From contig CBDHDF010000007.1 in the NCBI GenBank assembly GCA_965261545.1, forward strand, positions 320,001-384,000: a DNA stretch of 64,000 nt. The letters are read 5' to 3'. Origin of the DNA: Bdellovibrionales bacterium (GTDB lineage Bacteria > Bdellovibrionota > Bdellovibrionia > Bdellovibrionales > UBA1609). The stretch's first letter is position 1, and every line of letters begins with the position of its first letter. Position numbers and translations under genes: made by a program. The notes beneath the pieces were generated by a model. The model was given only the letters and a program-made list of their open reading frames with translations, was not told the DNA's origin and did no database searches. Below are positions 29,052-39,101 of the stretch, one piece after another.

Positions 29052-30468
29052 CAATGCCGTTTCCTTAAGAAAAATCTCTTGAAATTATTAGATAAATCGA
29101 CAAGAATAAGACTTGTTTTATTTTACACCCAACCCTCAACCAAGGAGTAAGTCACATGCAATCCAATATTGATCTCGAAAGCCCCCAAATGACGAGTTCG
29201 CGTCACAGATGACCATTTTATTCTACCAAAACTTGATTCTTCCTTCAAGCCAGAGCACCTTGTCGATCCAGAAAAACAAAAAAGGAATCGAAAATTTAAT
29301 CCTCAAATTTTCTTTTTTACCATTATCTATCTTATTTCAGGAACAAATTACGAAGGCTACCAAATCGCTCTTAAGACGGTATGGACTCATTTTGGTGACC
29401 TGCTTCTCATGCCAGTCAAAAGCAGTCTCAGCAAGATACGTCAAAGTATTTCTTACCTATTTTTCAAAGATATCTTTGAATCTCTGATTACAGACTACGA
29501 ACCATTGAGAAAAACGTTTCATGGTTTTTATATCTATGCCATAGATGGCGACCAATTAGCACTTCCTCGCTCTAAAGATCTTTTAAAGGAGGGTTATTGT
29601 GGGTACCCTTGCCCAAATGAGATGGAAACTCATTTCTTACGTATGTATCTATCTCATGCTTATGACGTTTTATCGGGTGTGACAAAGAATCTTTGCTTTT
29701 CTCCCGCTCTCAACGAAATCGCCAATGCTATTCAAATGATAGGTAGTTTTGAGAGTAATAGCATAACTCTCTACGATAGGCTTTATTTATCTACAGAGAT
29801 TATTAAGGCCCATGCTCAAGCCAGTAACTTCTTTATTGCGCGTTGTAAGCGAGGCTCTACTTTTATCCCCATCGTAAATTTATTTAATGGCCCAGGTTGG
29901 TATTCACAAATGGTTATTGAGGGGGTGGTCATTCATCTCTATAAGTATAAAAACCCAAAGACTGGGGAGTTCTCTGTTTTGGCCACTAATCTTCCGCATG
30001 GCTCCTTGGACAAGAAGGATATGGTTGCTCTTTACTCTCGTCGTTGGGAAATAGAAACGACATTTCGTGATTTTACATCGACAATGAAAATGGAGCAGTG
30101 GCACTCAACAAGCCTTAATGGAATATTGCAAGAGCTGTATTCTTATTTTTGGCTCTTCAATTATACAAAGATTCAAATGAGCATAAATGAGGATGAAGAC
30201 AGTGTGAATCAGTTGGTAAAAAATGACTACAAAAAACCTAACTTTAAACTGATTCTTGATTTCATAATGGATAGCATCCCCCTTTTTGTTGCGGGGCTCT
30301 ATCAGAAATTTAGGAAGCAGATAAAGTTGCTGATGAAGATTTCAATGGAGAAGAGGAGGCACTTCAAAAGAAGCTATGAAAGGTCTATCAAAAGGGCTGG
30401 GAGTTCTTTTAAAAGAAATAGCTTAACGCAGAGGCAGAGGGGTGTGGTGGCTTAAGGAAACGGCATTG
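29052..30468 (+). mobile_element. IS4-family element A, copy 1
   Basis: 18-bp TIR CAATGCCGTTTCCTTAAG; 10-bp TSD AGTCTGGAGT (29042-29051, 30469-30478). Confidence 0.93.
29409..30455 (+). CDS. IS4-family DDE transposase (5' part appears frameshifted; likely start 29156)
   Basis: AIDG, YDRLY, Y..RWEIE..FR..(YREK-like); frame is open from 29193, while the RBS and ATG at 29156 are in another frame. Confidence 0.88.
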   Translation: MPVKSSLSKIRQSISYLFFKDIFESLITDYEPLRKTFHGFYIYAIDGDQLALPRSKDLLKEGYCGYPCPNEMETHFLRMYLSHAYDVLSGVTKNLCFSPALNEIANAIQMIGSFESNSITLYDRLYLSTEIIKAHAQASNFFIARCKRGSTFIPIVNLFNGPGWYSQMVIEGVVIHLYKYKNPKTGEFSVLATNLPHGSLDKKDMVALYSRRWEIETTFRDFTSTMKMEQWHSTSLNGILQELYSYFWLFNYTKIQMSINEDEDSVNQLVKNDYKKPNFKLILDFIMDSIPLFVAGLYQKFRKQIKLLMKISMEKRRHFKRSYERSIKRAGSSFKRNSLTQRQRGVVA

Positions 30469-31652
30469 AGTCTGGAGTAGATGCCACTGCCTTTCATAGG
30501 GTTTCATACGAATGAAAAGTTCTTCTTCAATTTGAGAGCATTCTTTTTTCAAAAAATCTATTCGATCAAGAATGCGTTGAAGAACAAAACGATTTTCTTC
30601 CGTCATCTTTCCCGACAGGGCGTAAGAAAATTCTTCGGTCTTTTGACGTAAAGACCCTCTGGCAAGAGACATCAATTTAGAAACTGATCTCTCTCCATTA
30701 GCTATGGCACGAATCATGGCCATACCAGATACGCAGTCAGCTTTAGACATTGCATAGGTTAAACGAATGCCTGAATATTCAAGAACCTTATACATACGAT
30801 TTTGTTCCGAAGATATTTGGCGGATCGTTTTTGTACGATAACGAGCCAAAAGTCTAATAGAACGAATCTCACGTGGAGGAATGAAGCTAGCTCTTAGAAG
30901 ACCACAAGCACCAAGCTCTGCAATCCACTGGCTATCCAACACGTCAGTTTTTTTACCAGTAATATTTTTGACATGAAAGGCATTGATAACATCTACTTCA
31001 TAACCTTTTTCTGTCAAATCATCGTATAAAGAATTCCAATAAATCCCTGTGCTCTCAAAAAGAACTCTCTCAACCTTATGTGGCTTCATCCAAGAGCGCA
31101 TTCTAGGAAAATTTTTTGGAAAATTCTTGAACTCTTTTGTGAAAAACTTCTTCTTACCGTCTTCCACTTTGACAATCGTACACATCAACATATGTTGATG
31201 AACATCTATTCCACAAACAGAACTATAAATAATATCCACATGACTCCTCCTTTCTGTTAGAAAAAAAGAAGGTGATAAAACTAGAGCCTTGGGATTTTGC
31301 CATAAATTCTAAAGCGAAAATAGGTCAACTTACTATACGTCCATACACTCAGAGTGCAGGTACATGCGTGGGTTCGATCCAAAGCTCAAGACCATGTTAC
31401 TTCACGGAATTAAAATTACCAATCTATTCAACGGCCACTCATCTTATCACCTTCCAATAATGTTATTGCTTTATCCTTTATTGTATCGGAATCATACATG
31501 ACAAAAATACCATCAAAAGTCCAGAGTAACTAAAAGAGGCCAATTATATAGACCAGCGAAGCTGTCCACCGAGTTGCTTCGTGCAAAGAAGTGGGGGCCT
31601 AGAAAGATTCATGGGCGTGGGTGGGGAAGCAAGGCGCCCCCATGAATGTTAC

Positions 31653-31660
31653 AAATTCTT
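31653..31660. repeat. 8-bp target-site duplication AAATTCTT, right copy
   Basis: Direct repeat of 23391-23398. Confidence 0.9.
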
Positions 31661-31671
31661 TTGATTCCCTT

Positions 31672-34600
31672 TTAATTTCTTTGTGAATAGTAGGGGTGAG
31701 AGTTTCTCATCGTTGAAGGTAAGCCTCCAATGGCGGCAGGCGCTCCCGTGAGGGATTGGCCATTGAAGCCTATTCCCATAAAGGGTGTAAAGCCGCCTCG
31801 TGCCTCTTTGTCCAGGCCGTAGTAGAGGCCCAAAACAAAGTCGAGAGGGAAGTGATAGCCAATGGTTGTACTCAGCTTAAACTCTGCTCCTGTCCCTAAA
31901 AAAGAGCGATTCATGGAGACTCTTTCGTAGAGCTGGGTATCTCCATTGGCAAAAAAACCGTCCACCGCCACATAGTCTATAAAAAGACCTCCGTGAAGTT
32001 GCTTTAGAAAAAAGGGATGGGAGCCTCTTCCCTCAAAAATGTCTAAAAGAGGGGTGTTATACTCTAGGTTGAGGTTGACGATTTTTCTCCCAAAAAAATT
32101 TCCAGATGGGTAGCCTCGGACGAGAAAAGAGGAGTTGATAAGAGTCGCTAAAGTGTTGCCCACCGTTCGGTCTCCGATGGTAAAGTTGGTGAGTTGAGGA
32201 GCAAAAGCTACCTGTGAACGCAAAATTAGATCTTGACTGTCGGGAAGAAAGTGGGAGCCATAGTAAATGAAAGAGGCCGCTGTACGTCCATAGGATCTTT
32301 CATTCAACCCCTTGGTTTTGTAGTGGCTATAGGAAAAGGATCCGCTGTAGCTACCTGGAGAGGGTTTGTTCCTGCCAAGTTCAAATAGATTGGAGTAATG
32401 AAGTCCCACAGAGCCGCCAATTCTTTCAATGGCAGGTGTGGAAGGTTGATCTGTTTTTATCAACTCTCCTGCAAGTAGGGTCTGCCAACGGTGACTGAGC
32501 CCAGGGATATAAAAATCTTTATAAATGCGTCCATACTTATGGGTCAGTGGGTTTTCTCCGCTGATTGAAAAAGGCTCATTTTGAATGAGATAGGAGATAC
32601 CTGTTCGGGAATCTCCTGTGGAATAGAAATAGTTGAATCCCCCTCCCACCTTTTGGGTTACGGTGTCTGAAGCTAAGCTTAAGGTATAATTATGTCGTTG
32701 CAATGGATCGGCAGCAGACGTGATACCCTGGAATAAGAAACCATCTTCAATGGGGTACAGCATGGGCAGCCAGTATCGTGGTAAAAGGTAGGTGAAGGGG
32801 CGGTATTTATGGGGAGGCAGGGATTCTTGGGATGCCTTTGCGCTTATAGGTGCCTCATCTGTGGTCTTTTCTGTAGAGGGCGCTCTAGATGTTTTTTTTT
32901 CCTTTGAGGGCTTATTGTTAGGGGGGCGGGGCTGCACACTCTCCGAAGGTTGGGCCAGCACACTCCCATAGGGTGGGGTGAGCATATTTTCGATAGCAGG
33001 AGGTTTTGTTTCTTGCAGGCTGGATTGAATAAAAATCCGAGGTCCCCAAGGGGTGAGCTTGGTGAAGTAAACTTGTTGGCCCGTGGGATCAATATCTCCG
33101 TTGATGATTTCTGTTGTGGTATTGGTGATGGGGTAGGCATGGCTTAAATGGGAAGGGGATGGCGCAGATGGCGTAGGTGTGGGTGGTGGCGCAGCAGGTG
33201 GGGTGGCGGCGGACCCCGTGGTTGGCGGCGGGGGTGCTAGGTATAAATTGCTGACCCCTGAACGTCTTGAGGAAAATAAAATTCCCTTGGAGGTTTTGCG
33301 AGGGTGTCCCACCGATGAAAAGTCTTGAAGAACCCCATGTTTTTTGTATGTATTTAAATTGTAAACATAAAATTTTTCAGATCCAGAGAGATTTCTTTCT
33401 ACAAAAAGAATTTCAGTGTCGCTTACAAATTCAGGTCTCGACAGGCGAATTTGAAGTTTTGGTTCGTAGAGTTTGAGGGAAGTGCGATCTGTGAGGTTGA
33501 GGAGGTAAAGAGCTGTTCCCCCTGGTCTTAGTTTAATGTAAGCCACTTTTTTTCCATCTGAAGAAACGCTGGGCTCACGGGCCCTTTCCCCAAAGGTCAA
33601 TTGAGAGCTTCTTTGGTCTTTCAGATCATATTTGTACAAGTCGTAAAATCTAGAGTGACGGTCAAAGATGTCTAATTTGTCATAAATAAAAGATTGTCCA
33701 TCGGGAACCCAACTGATCTTCAAAAAATCCGCTCCCTGAAGAGTGTCTACGGAGCGTCCTTGTTTGTCGAGAATCACCAATTCTGATCCCCGGTACCGGT
33801 GAGAATTCATTATGGTGAGATGTTCTCCCGTGGGGCTAAATGCAGGGCTGTGTTGGGTGTCACCGTCAAACAAAAAAGGGTGGTTTTTTACAATACCTTG
33901 AGATTGAATTTTTAAAATTTGTTCTTGGGCCTTAAGGCGGACTTCATCGTAGGAACTTTTTAAAAGCTGATCGTAGCTTTTTCCCAGGAGCCTTTTGGGG
34001 GAAGGGTTGAGTAGGTAGGGAACCCGACGACTATGGGAATGAAGAAGTTGCTCCACGACATCAACATCTTTTTGGTGGATGAGGTATCTCCAAAGCACAG
34101 ACCCCATGAGGTATCTGCGCCTTCCATAGGGCCAAGTGGGAATGTTCTCATTGATACGAGCGAGACCTTCAGTTTGGAGGCGATTTCCTTCAACAAGGGC
34201 TCGTAGGGCCGCAGAAACTTCGGGCGATCGAAGGCGACCATGTTTGGTCCAGCGAGTTTCCATTTCAACAGCTAAGCCTTCGTGAAACCAGCCAGGGAGT
34301 AGGTTATTGGGGTTGACAATGCTGCCAAAAATAGCCCTGAGAGGCACATAAAAACCATGGGCCATCTCCAAAGCCAAAATATGGCTGAATTCATGAATCA
34401 TTAAGGTCAAGCCCCAGTTATCGTAGTGACTTGTTGAGGACATGCTTTCGGGCAGGGTGGGATAGACAACGATTTTTGGGTAGGGAGTCGTTGTGGCGTA
34501 GCCGTTGGCTGTATCACTGAAGTTATCGATCACCACAACTGTTTTTGGTGGTGCCTCCTTAAACAAGGGAACAAGAAGGTCGTAGGACATCTCGGCATAG

Positions 34601-34851
34601 TGAGCATATTTTGAGCCTAGTTCATCTTGTCCTTCGGGGTATACAATTTCAAAGTGAGGAGTGTGGTAACTCACCCATTTTCCCTTGGGGGAAAGTGAAA
34701 AAGCTTTGGGAGAGAGGGTGAGAGTTATGGCCCCAATGAGGGCGCTCATCAAAGCAAAACTCTTAAAATAGGGGAAAGCCCAGTTCCAAAAACTGTGAAG
34801 ATAGACTTCCAAAAAAGTCCAAAGGGAGAGGGGTGTCATAACTATTATCAT
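31672..34851 (-). CDS. Outer-membrane protein: HExxH metallopeptidase-like domain + TolB/PD40 beta-propeller + Omp85-type barrel
   Basis: IHEFSH...WFHEGLAV; SPAFSPTG, ISWVPDG, PSVSSDG repeats; LVRGY loop motif; aromatic alternating C-terminal strands. Confidence 0.75.
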   Translation of the reverse strand: MIIVMTPLSLWTFLEVYLHSFWNWAFPYFKSFALMSALIGAITLTLSPKAFSLSPKGKWVSYHTPHFEIVYPEGQDELGSKYAHYAEMSYDLLVPLFKEAPPKTVVVIDNFSDTANGYATTTPYPKIVVYPTLPESMSSTSHYDNWGLTLMIHEFSHILALEMAHGFYVPLRAIFGSIVNPNNLLPGWFHEGLAVEMETRWTKHGRLRSPEVSAALRALVEGNRLQTEGLARINENIPTWPYGRRRYLMGSVLWRYLIHQKDVDVVEQLLHSHSRRVPYLLNPSPKRLLGKSYDQLLKSSYDEVRLKAQEQILKIQSQGIVKNHPFLFDGDTQHSPAFSPTGEHLTIMNSHRYRGSELVILDKQGRSVDTLQGADFLKISWVPDGQSFIYDKLDIFDRHSRFYDLYKYDLKDQRSSQLTFGERAREPSVSSDGKKVAYIKLRPGGTALYLLNLTDRTSLKLYEPKLQIRLSRPEFVSDTEILFVERNLSGSEKFYVYNLNTYKKHGVLQDFSSVGHPRKTSKGILFSSRRSGVSNLYLAPPPPTTGSAATPPAAPPPTPTPSAPSPSHLSHAYPITNTTTEIINGDIDPTGQQVYFTKLTPWGPRIFIQSSLQETKPPAIENMLTPPYGSVLAQPSESVQPRPPNNKPSKEKKTSRAPSTEKTTDEAPISAKASQESLPPHKYRPFTYLLPRYWLPMLYPIEDGFLFQGITSAADPLQRHNYTLSLASDTVTQKVGGGFNYFYSTGDSRTGISYLIQNEPFSISGENPLTHKYGRIYKDFYIPGLSHRWQTLLAGELIKTDQPSTPAIERIGGSVGLHYSNLFELGRNKPSPGSYSGSFSYSHYKTKGLNERSYGRTAASFIYYGSHFLPDSQDLILRSQVAFAPQLTNFTIGDRTVGNTLATLINSSFLVRGYPSGNFFGRKIVNLNLEYNTPLLDIFEGRGSHPFFLKQLHGGLFIDYVAVDGFFANGDTQLYERVSMNRSFLGTGAEFKLSTTIGYHFPLDFVLGLYYGLDKEARGGFTPFMGIGFNGQSLTGAPAAIGGLPSTMRNSHPYYSQRN

Positions 34852-35107
34852 GAATTATATCCGCGGGAATGGCTAGGCGTGTTTATTGTTTTGGCTAAAC
34901 GCATCGAATCTGGCGAAGGCAGAATTAAAGTCTAGAATGGATTAAAATGACCTTCGAATTTATCATGGGTAACACCAAGAATTATTATTTGTAGAAAACT
35001 TGTCTTTTTTTAAGGTGACTGCTACATGTGGCTGTATAGAAATGATGAAGTTTTAATTTTCACATGATTTCTCAAAATTTCAAATAATTTCTCAAAAAGG
35101 GGGCCTT

Positions 35108-38100
35108 ATGTCACAACGAAGTACTTTTACGACGATTCTGATGGTTACGAGAGTTCATATTATTTTGAACATCCTTTTAAGCATGGCCTTGGTCCAGTTT
35201 GTCTGGGCTTCTGAGCTTCCGGATCACTTGGACCACCAAAAGCATGAACAGATTTATAAAGAGGCAAAAAATGTCTCCGATCGTGAAAGACTTTTAGCGG
35301 AACAAATCCAAAGTGAGTGGCAGGCTCATGTGAGAGAAAAAGACAGGGTGGAGGGTTTGATTTCTTCCCATGGGGAAACCATTTCCAATCATCAAAGAGG
35401 CATAGAGCAGTTTAAAAATAAGAACCTTTATTTACAAAGCGAAATTGAAAAACTTCGCTCTGAGATCCCCTCCCTAGAGGCCACTTACAAGAGCAACCAA
35501 AGTCGTATGGGGGCCCTTGAATCTGAGCGCACCCTTGTTGTCAGTGAGGGCAAAAAATTACAGTCTCGCCTCCAGGAGGTGACTGGGGAACTCAATCAGC
35601 AAGAGAGACAAGTTCGTTCCATAGAAAGGGAGCGAGAGAATATGGCTCAGCACTTAGGCTCTATCAATCAAAGTATTGACTACATAGAAAGTGATACGAG
35701 TCAAAAAAGCCGCGAGCGGAGCAACAATGAGATTCGTATTTTTAGAATTCAATCCTATGACATACCTCAGGCTCGAAGGGAAAAGCAGGCGGCGAGGCAA
35801 CGGCATAGAAGACAAAAGGAAACAGTGGCAAATCTTGAGGGCACTAGGAAGGAGGTTTCTCGTCAGGTGCTTCGTTTAGAAGAGGATTTTCAAAGGGCTG
35901 AGCAAAAGGTTCAAAGGGAGAGGCGAGCGGTGGCTCCTGTTCGACGCGCTCTTAAGCAGGCGAGAAAAGAGGCGCGGGAATCAGGCAATCAGTTCAAGAG
36001 AGCGCAGGTTCAATACGCCAAGTTGGAGAGTGAAGTGGAGGGCTTTCGACAGCGGCACAACGGTATGCATCAGCAAATGCAAACAAAAAATCAAAATAAA
36101 AAGCAACTTGAGGGCCGAGTCCAAAATGTCACAAGTCGTATAAGAAAGCGTCGACAGGCCGTCAAAACTTTGACGCATCAGCATGAATCTAAGAAGGAAC
36201 AAATAAATAACCTTAAGTCCAATACAAGTATGGATCCAAAGCAGAAAAGAAAGAAGCTTGAACAGCTTCAAGGCGAGGCTCGTCGGATAAAAAAGGATTT
36301 AAAGCTTAAGAAGAGCCAATTGCAAAAGGCCAGGCTCCAGAGGAAGAAAATTAATGGCAAAATAAGTAAGCTGGCTGTGGAAATTCAAGGGCTAAGAGAA
36401 AGTCTAAAAGATATTGAATCTCAAATACAGGGGAAAGAAAGGGAAAAGCAGCAAGTGGCCCTTGTGGTTCAGAAAAAACAAGCAGCCTGGAATGTGGCCA
36501 AGCAAAATGAGGCTCAAGCCAAGCGTCGATGGGATCGAAATTCTGAGGCTCTTAAGCTGGCAAAAACTGAGAAAGAGACTGTTCGTGCCAATTTTGATTC
36601 TGTGAAAAGTCGTTTTACAGCTTTGGAGCGAGAATATAAGCAAGCCTCTAAAGACTTGAGTCGTGCCCGGAGGAGATTGGAGAGGGCAAGAACCCAATTT
36701 GTTGAACTTGAAAATGAGGTGTCCAACCTTATAAGAAGAAACCAAGACTTGAATCGACGATTGGTGAAACTTGAAGGAGAGCTTCGCCGTGCTAAGGAGA
36801 ACTTTCGATATGCCCAGCAGCAGCTTCAAGAAGTGGAGAGTCGTTTTTTAGAGGCTCGTCGCATAGAAGAAGGCATAAGACTTCGAAAAAATGAGATTGA
36901 GCAGAAGGTGGCTAATAATTCTGCTAAAGAAGGTTTTTTAACCAGTGAAATAGATCGTTTTTCCCAGGAAAATTTAGAGCTAAAAAACAAAGTCGCCAAG
37001 CATCGATCCACCATTGTGAGCCATCGAGATAGTATGGGCCGTAATAGGGTCGAAGTTGAAAGACTTACAGGGGAAATTTCTAGCTTGGAGGCTTCTGTAA
37101 GCAACTTGAAAGAGCAAGTTGTCGATCTTGATGGTAAAATCTCTTTTTCTCAGGCCCAGTTTGAAGGGCAAGATAAAGTCGCTCAAAGAGCTGAATCTAT
37201 CACTGTTGAAAAACTGGCTCGGTATAAGGACGTGAAGGGGGCCTTTGATGCTATTTTGCATGATGCCCAGGCCCAGGGCCGTCTTCAGGGTCGTAAGCAA
37301 GGGCCACAGAATGGATATCAACAGGGATTTCAGGACGGTGCTATCGCTGGCGAAAAGCAGGGTCATATCATTGGAACCGGTGAGGGGCTTATTTTTGGAT
37401 ACAATGAAGGGCACAAAGATGGGGCTGTAAAGGGAGAGAGGGATGGCTACAAGCGTGGTTTTGAAACTCCTTCCCATCATGAAGCTGGCGTGGAAGCAGG
37501 GCGAACTCAAGGGTTGGCCGACGCCCAGGTCGAGGCTCAAAAGACAAACTACCCTGAGGGGCGTCGCTATCAACGATCTCAGCGGATGATGCAATTACCT
37601 AAAGAGGAAATCACTTTGGATAATAGCCCCGCCCAAGTTCAAGGTGATCTTAGGGGTGATTTCCAGGGCCTTACAAACCTATTCCCCATGGGGGCTGGTC
37701 GTAATGTGAACAGGGTCCACGGAGTTCGCAGAGGGGAATTTTCTGTAGGGGAATTCTCTTCATCTGAATGGGAAACGAGGGTGTCACAGCTCCATCCACT
37801 CTTATCATCAGAAGAAGGCGAGAATGAAAGCTGCGTGGCCATTCCCGGCGTGATTGTTCCAAAGTTTGAGGTGCCGCCTAACAGTGTTCGCTGTGAGTTC
37901 CAATACAGTGTTTTTAACAATACATGCAAGGCTTCTTTTGGGGAGTTCTATCAATCCACCTATATGAACAGCTATCAAGGGGCTCACTCTAAATCCATGG
38001 TCGCAAGCTGTGAAGAATCCAGAGAGACAGCCTTTGAAGAAAATAAAACGCTTCGGTACCAAGAGGGTTACAACGAAGCCTATCCCGTGGCCTTTGCCAA

Positions 38101-38989
38101 AGGTGAAACCATGGGAGCTAAAGATGCCCACAAAGAAGGTTTTGTATTGGGTAAGAAGCAGGGTTTTGAGCAAAATATTGAGGAACAACGAAAGGTTTTT
38201 TTCCAAAAGGGTCAGGATGATGAAAATAAGTATTTTGATTATAATGCCGTGGTTCAAATGCAATCAGCTTCTGTGAGAAAGATAAGTTTAGAAAATCCCC
38301 ATATCATTGTTGCCGGCGATGAACTCATGTTGGATATAAAAATGGCTAATTTTGGTTTGGGTTCCACCAACCATGGAGATGTCAAAGCTCGGGTCGAAGC
38401 CTTGACACCAAGTTTTCTTGTGCCTTCTCAGGGGTGGATCGATCTTGTGAGTTTATCAGGGGATGCTTTGATTCATGTACTGAATGCACTTAAAGTACAG
38501 GTTCGTTCCGATGTGGCAAAGAACCATGTAGCTCAGCTTAAAGTCACTTTAAGGAACAGTGAGGGTGACTTCAACTATTTCATTTTGGATATTCCCATTC
38601 GAGCTCAAATTCGTGTCAATGTGAAAAATAAAGATTCTTGGTCCCTTCGGCCTGAAATTGGAAGGAGAGTGCGTTTAAAAATTAAAGTCACCAACATAAG
38701 TGATATCAGTGGCATCAGTCATCTGCAACTTTCTTGGTCGGTGAAGGATAAGAAAAAGGCTTCGTGGATTCGTTTTCGAAAGCCTAGCCCTATCCAGATA
38801 TCAGCTTCCATGGAACATCCTTTTCGTCCCAATGAGTCAAGGTTTGTTAAAATCTACTATACCGTTAGGAGCCATATGGCTGGGGGGCAAAAAATTCCCA
38901 TGAATTTTCAAGTGACCAGTGGTGGTCTTCTTTTAGGAAAAACCACGGTCATTTTGCGTCCCAATACTCCCGGTAATAATGGGCCTTAG
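35108..38989 (+). CDS. Large exported coiled-coil protein with GxxxG repeats and beta-rich C-terminus
   Basis: Signal-like N-terminus (..FVWA); about 650 aa of heptad-rich helix; QGRLQGRKQG..QGFQDG..AGEKQG repeats; Ig-like tail. Confidence 0.75.
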   Translation: MSQRSTFTTILMVTRVHIILNILLSMALVQFVWASELPDHLDHQKHEQIYKEAKNVSDRERLLAEQIQSEWQAHVREKDRVEGLISSHGETISNHQRGIEQFKNKNLYLQSEIEKLRSEIPSLEATYKSNQSRMGALESERTLVVSEGKKLQSRLQEVTGELNQQERQVRSIERERENMAQHLGSINQSIDYIESDTSQKSRERSNNEIRIFRIQSYDIPQARREKQAARQRHRRQKETVANLEGTRKEVSRQVLRLEEDFQRAEQKVQRERRAVAPVRRALKQARKEARESGNQFKRAQVQYAKLESEVEGFRQRHNGMHQQMQTKNQNKKQLEGRVQNVTSRIRKRRQAVKTLTHQHESKKEQINNLKSNTSMDPKQKRKKLEQLQGEARRIKKDLKLKKSQLQKARLQRKKINGKISKLAVEIQGLRESLKDIESQIQGKEREKQQVALVVQKKQAAWNVAKQNEAQAKRRWDRNSEALKLAKTEKETVRANFDSVKSRFTALEREYKQASKDLSRARRRLERARTQFVELENEVSNLIRRNQDLNRRLVKLEGELRRAKENFRYAQQQLQEVESRFLEARRIEEGIRLRKNEIEQKVANNSAKEGFLTSEIDRFSQENLELKNKVAKHRSTIVSHRDSMGRNRVEVERLTGEISSLEASVSNLKEQVVDLDGKISFSQAQFEGQDKVAQRAESITVEKLARYKDVKGAFDAILHDAQAQGRLQGRKQGPQNGYQQGFQDGAIAGEKQGHIIGTGEGLIFGYNEGHKDGAVKGERDGYKRGFETPSHHEAGVEAGRTQGLADAQVEAQKTNYPEGRRYQRSQRMMQLPKEEITLDNSPAQVQGDLRGDFQGLTNLFPMGAGRNVNRVHGVRRGEFSVGEFSSSEWETRVSQLHPLLSSEEGENESCVAIPGVIVPKFEVPPNSVRCEFQYSVFNNTCKASFGEFYQSTYMNSYQGAHSKSMVASCEESRETAFEENKTLRYQEGYNEAYPVAFAKGETMGAKDAHKEGFVLGKKQGFEQNIEEQRKVFFQKGQDDENKYFDYNAVVQMQSASVRKISLENPHIIVAGDELMLDIKMANFGLGSTNHGDVKARVEALTPSFLVPSQGWIDLVSLSGDALIHVLNALKVQVRSDVAKNHVAQLKVTLRNSEGDFNYFILDIPIRAQIRVNVKNKDSWSLRPEIGRRVRLKIKVTNISDISGISHLQLSWSVKDKKKASWIRFRKPSPIQISASMEHPFRPNESRFVKIYYTVRSHMAGGQKIPMNFQVTSGGLLLGKTTVILRPNTPGNNGP

Positions 38990-39101
38990 GAAAGAGGGAG
39001 ATGCTTAGGAAAGAGAAGGGGGAGAGTGATGTTTAGCCTTTTTTGTGGAACCGAAATTAAAAGGTCACCCTATCATTATTTTGAAAGTTGGTGGGGGTGG
39101 A

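Larger units (their letters stand above)
28610..31239 (-). pseudogene. IS110 recombinase disrupted by IS4 insertion
   Basis: N-terminal part ends at ..WHLLQT (30469); C-terminal part resumes at 29051. Confidence 0.9.
28522..31652 (-). mobile_element. IS110-family element, copy 3 (inverted, at the IS66 right TIR), interrupted by an IS4-family element
   Basis: Reverse complement of copy 1; length 3131 = 1704 + 1417 + 10-bp TSD. Confidence 0.93.

Noticed and set aside
35108..38989. SMC/SbcC chromosome protein
   Set aside because: No Walker A/B or signature motifs, and it has a signal-like N-terminus
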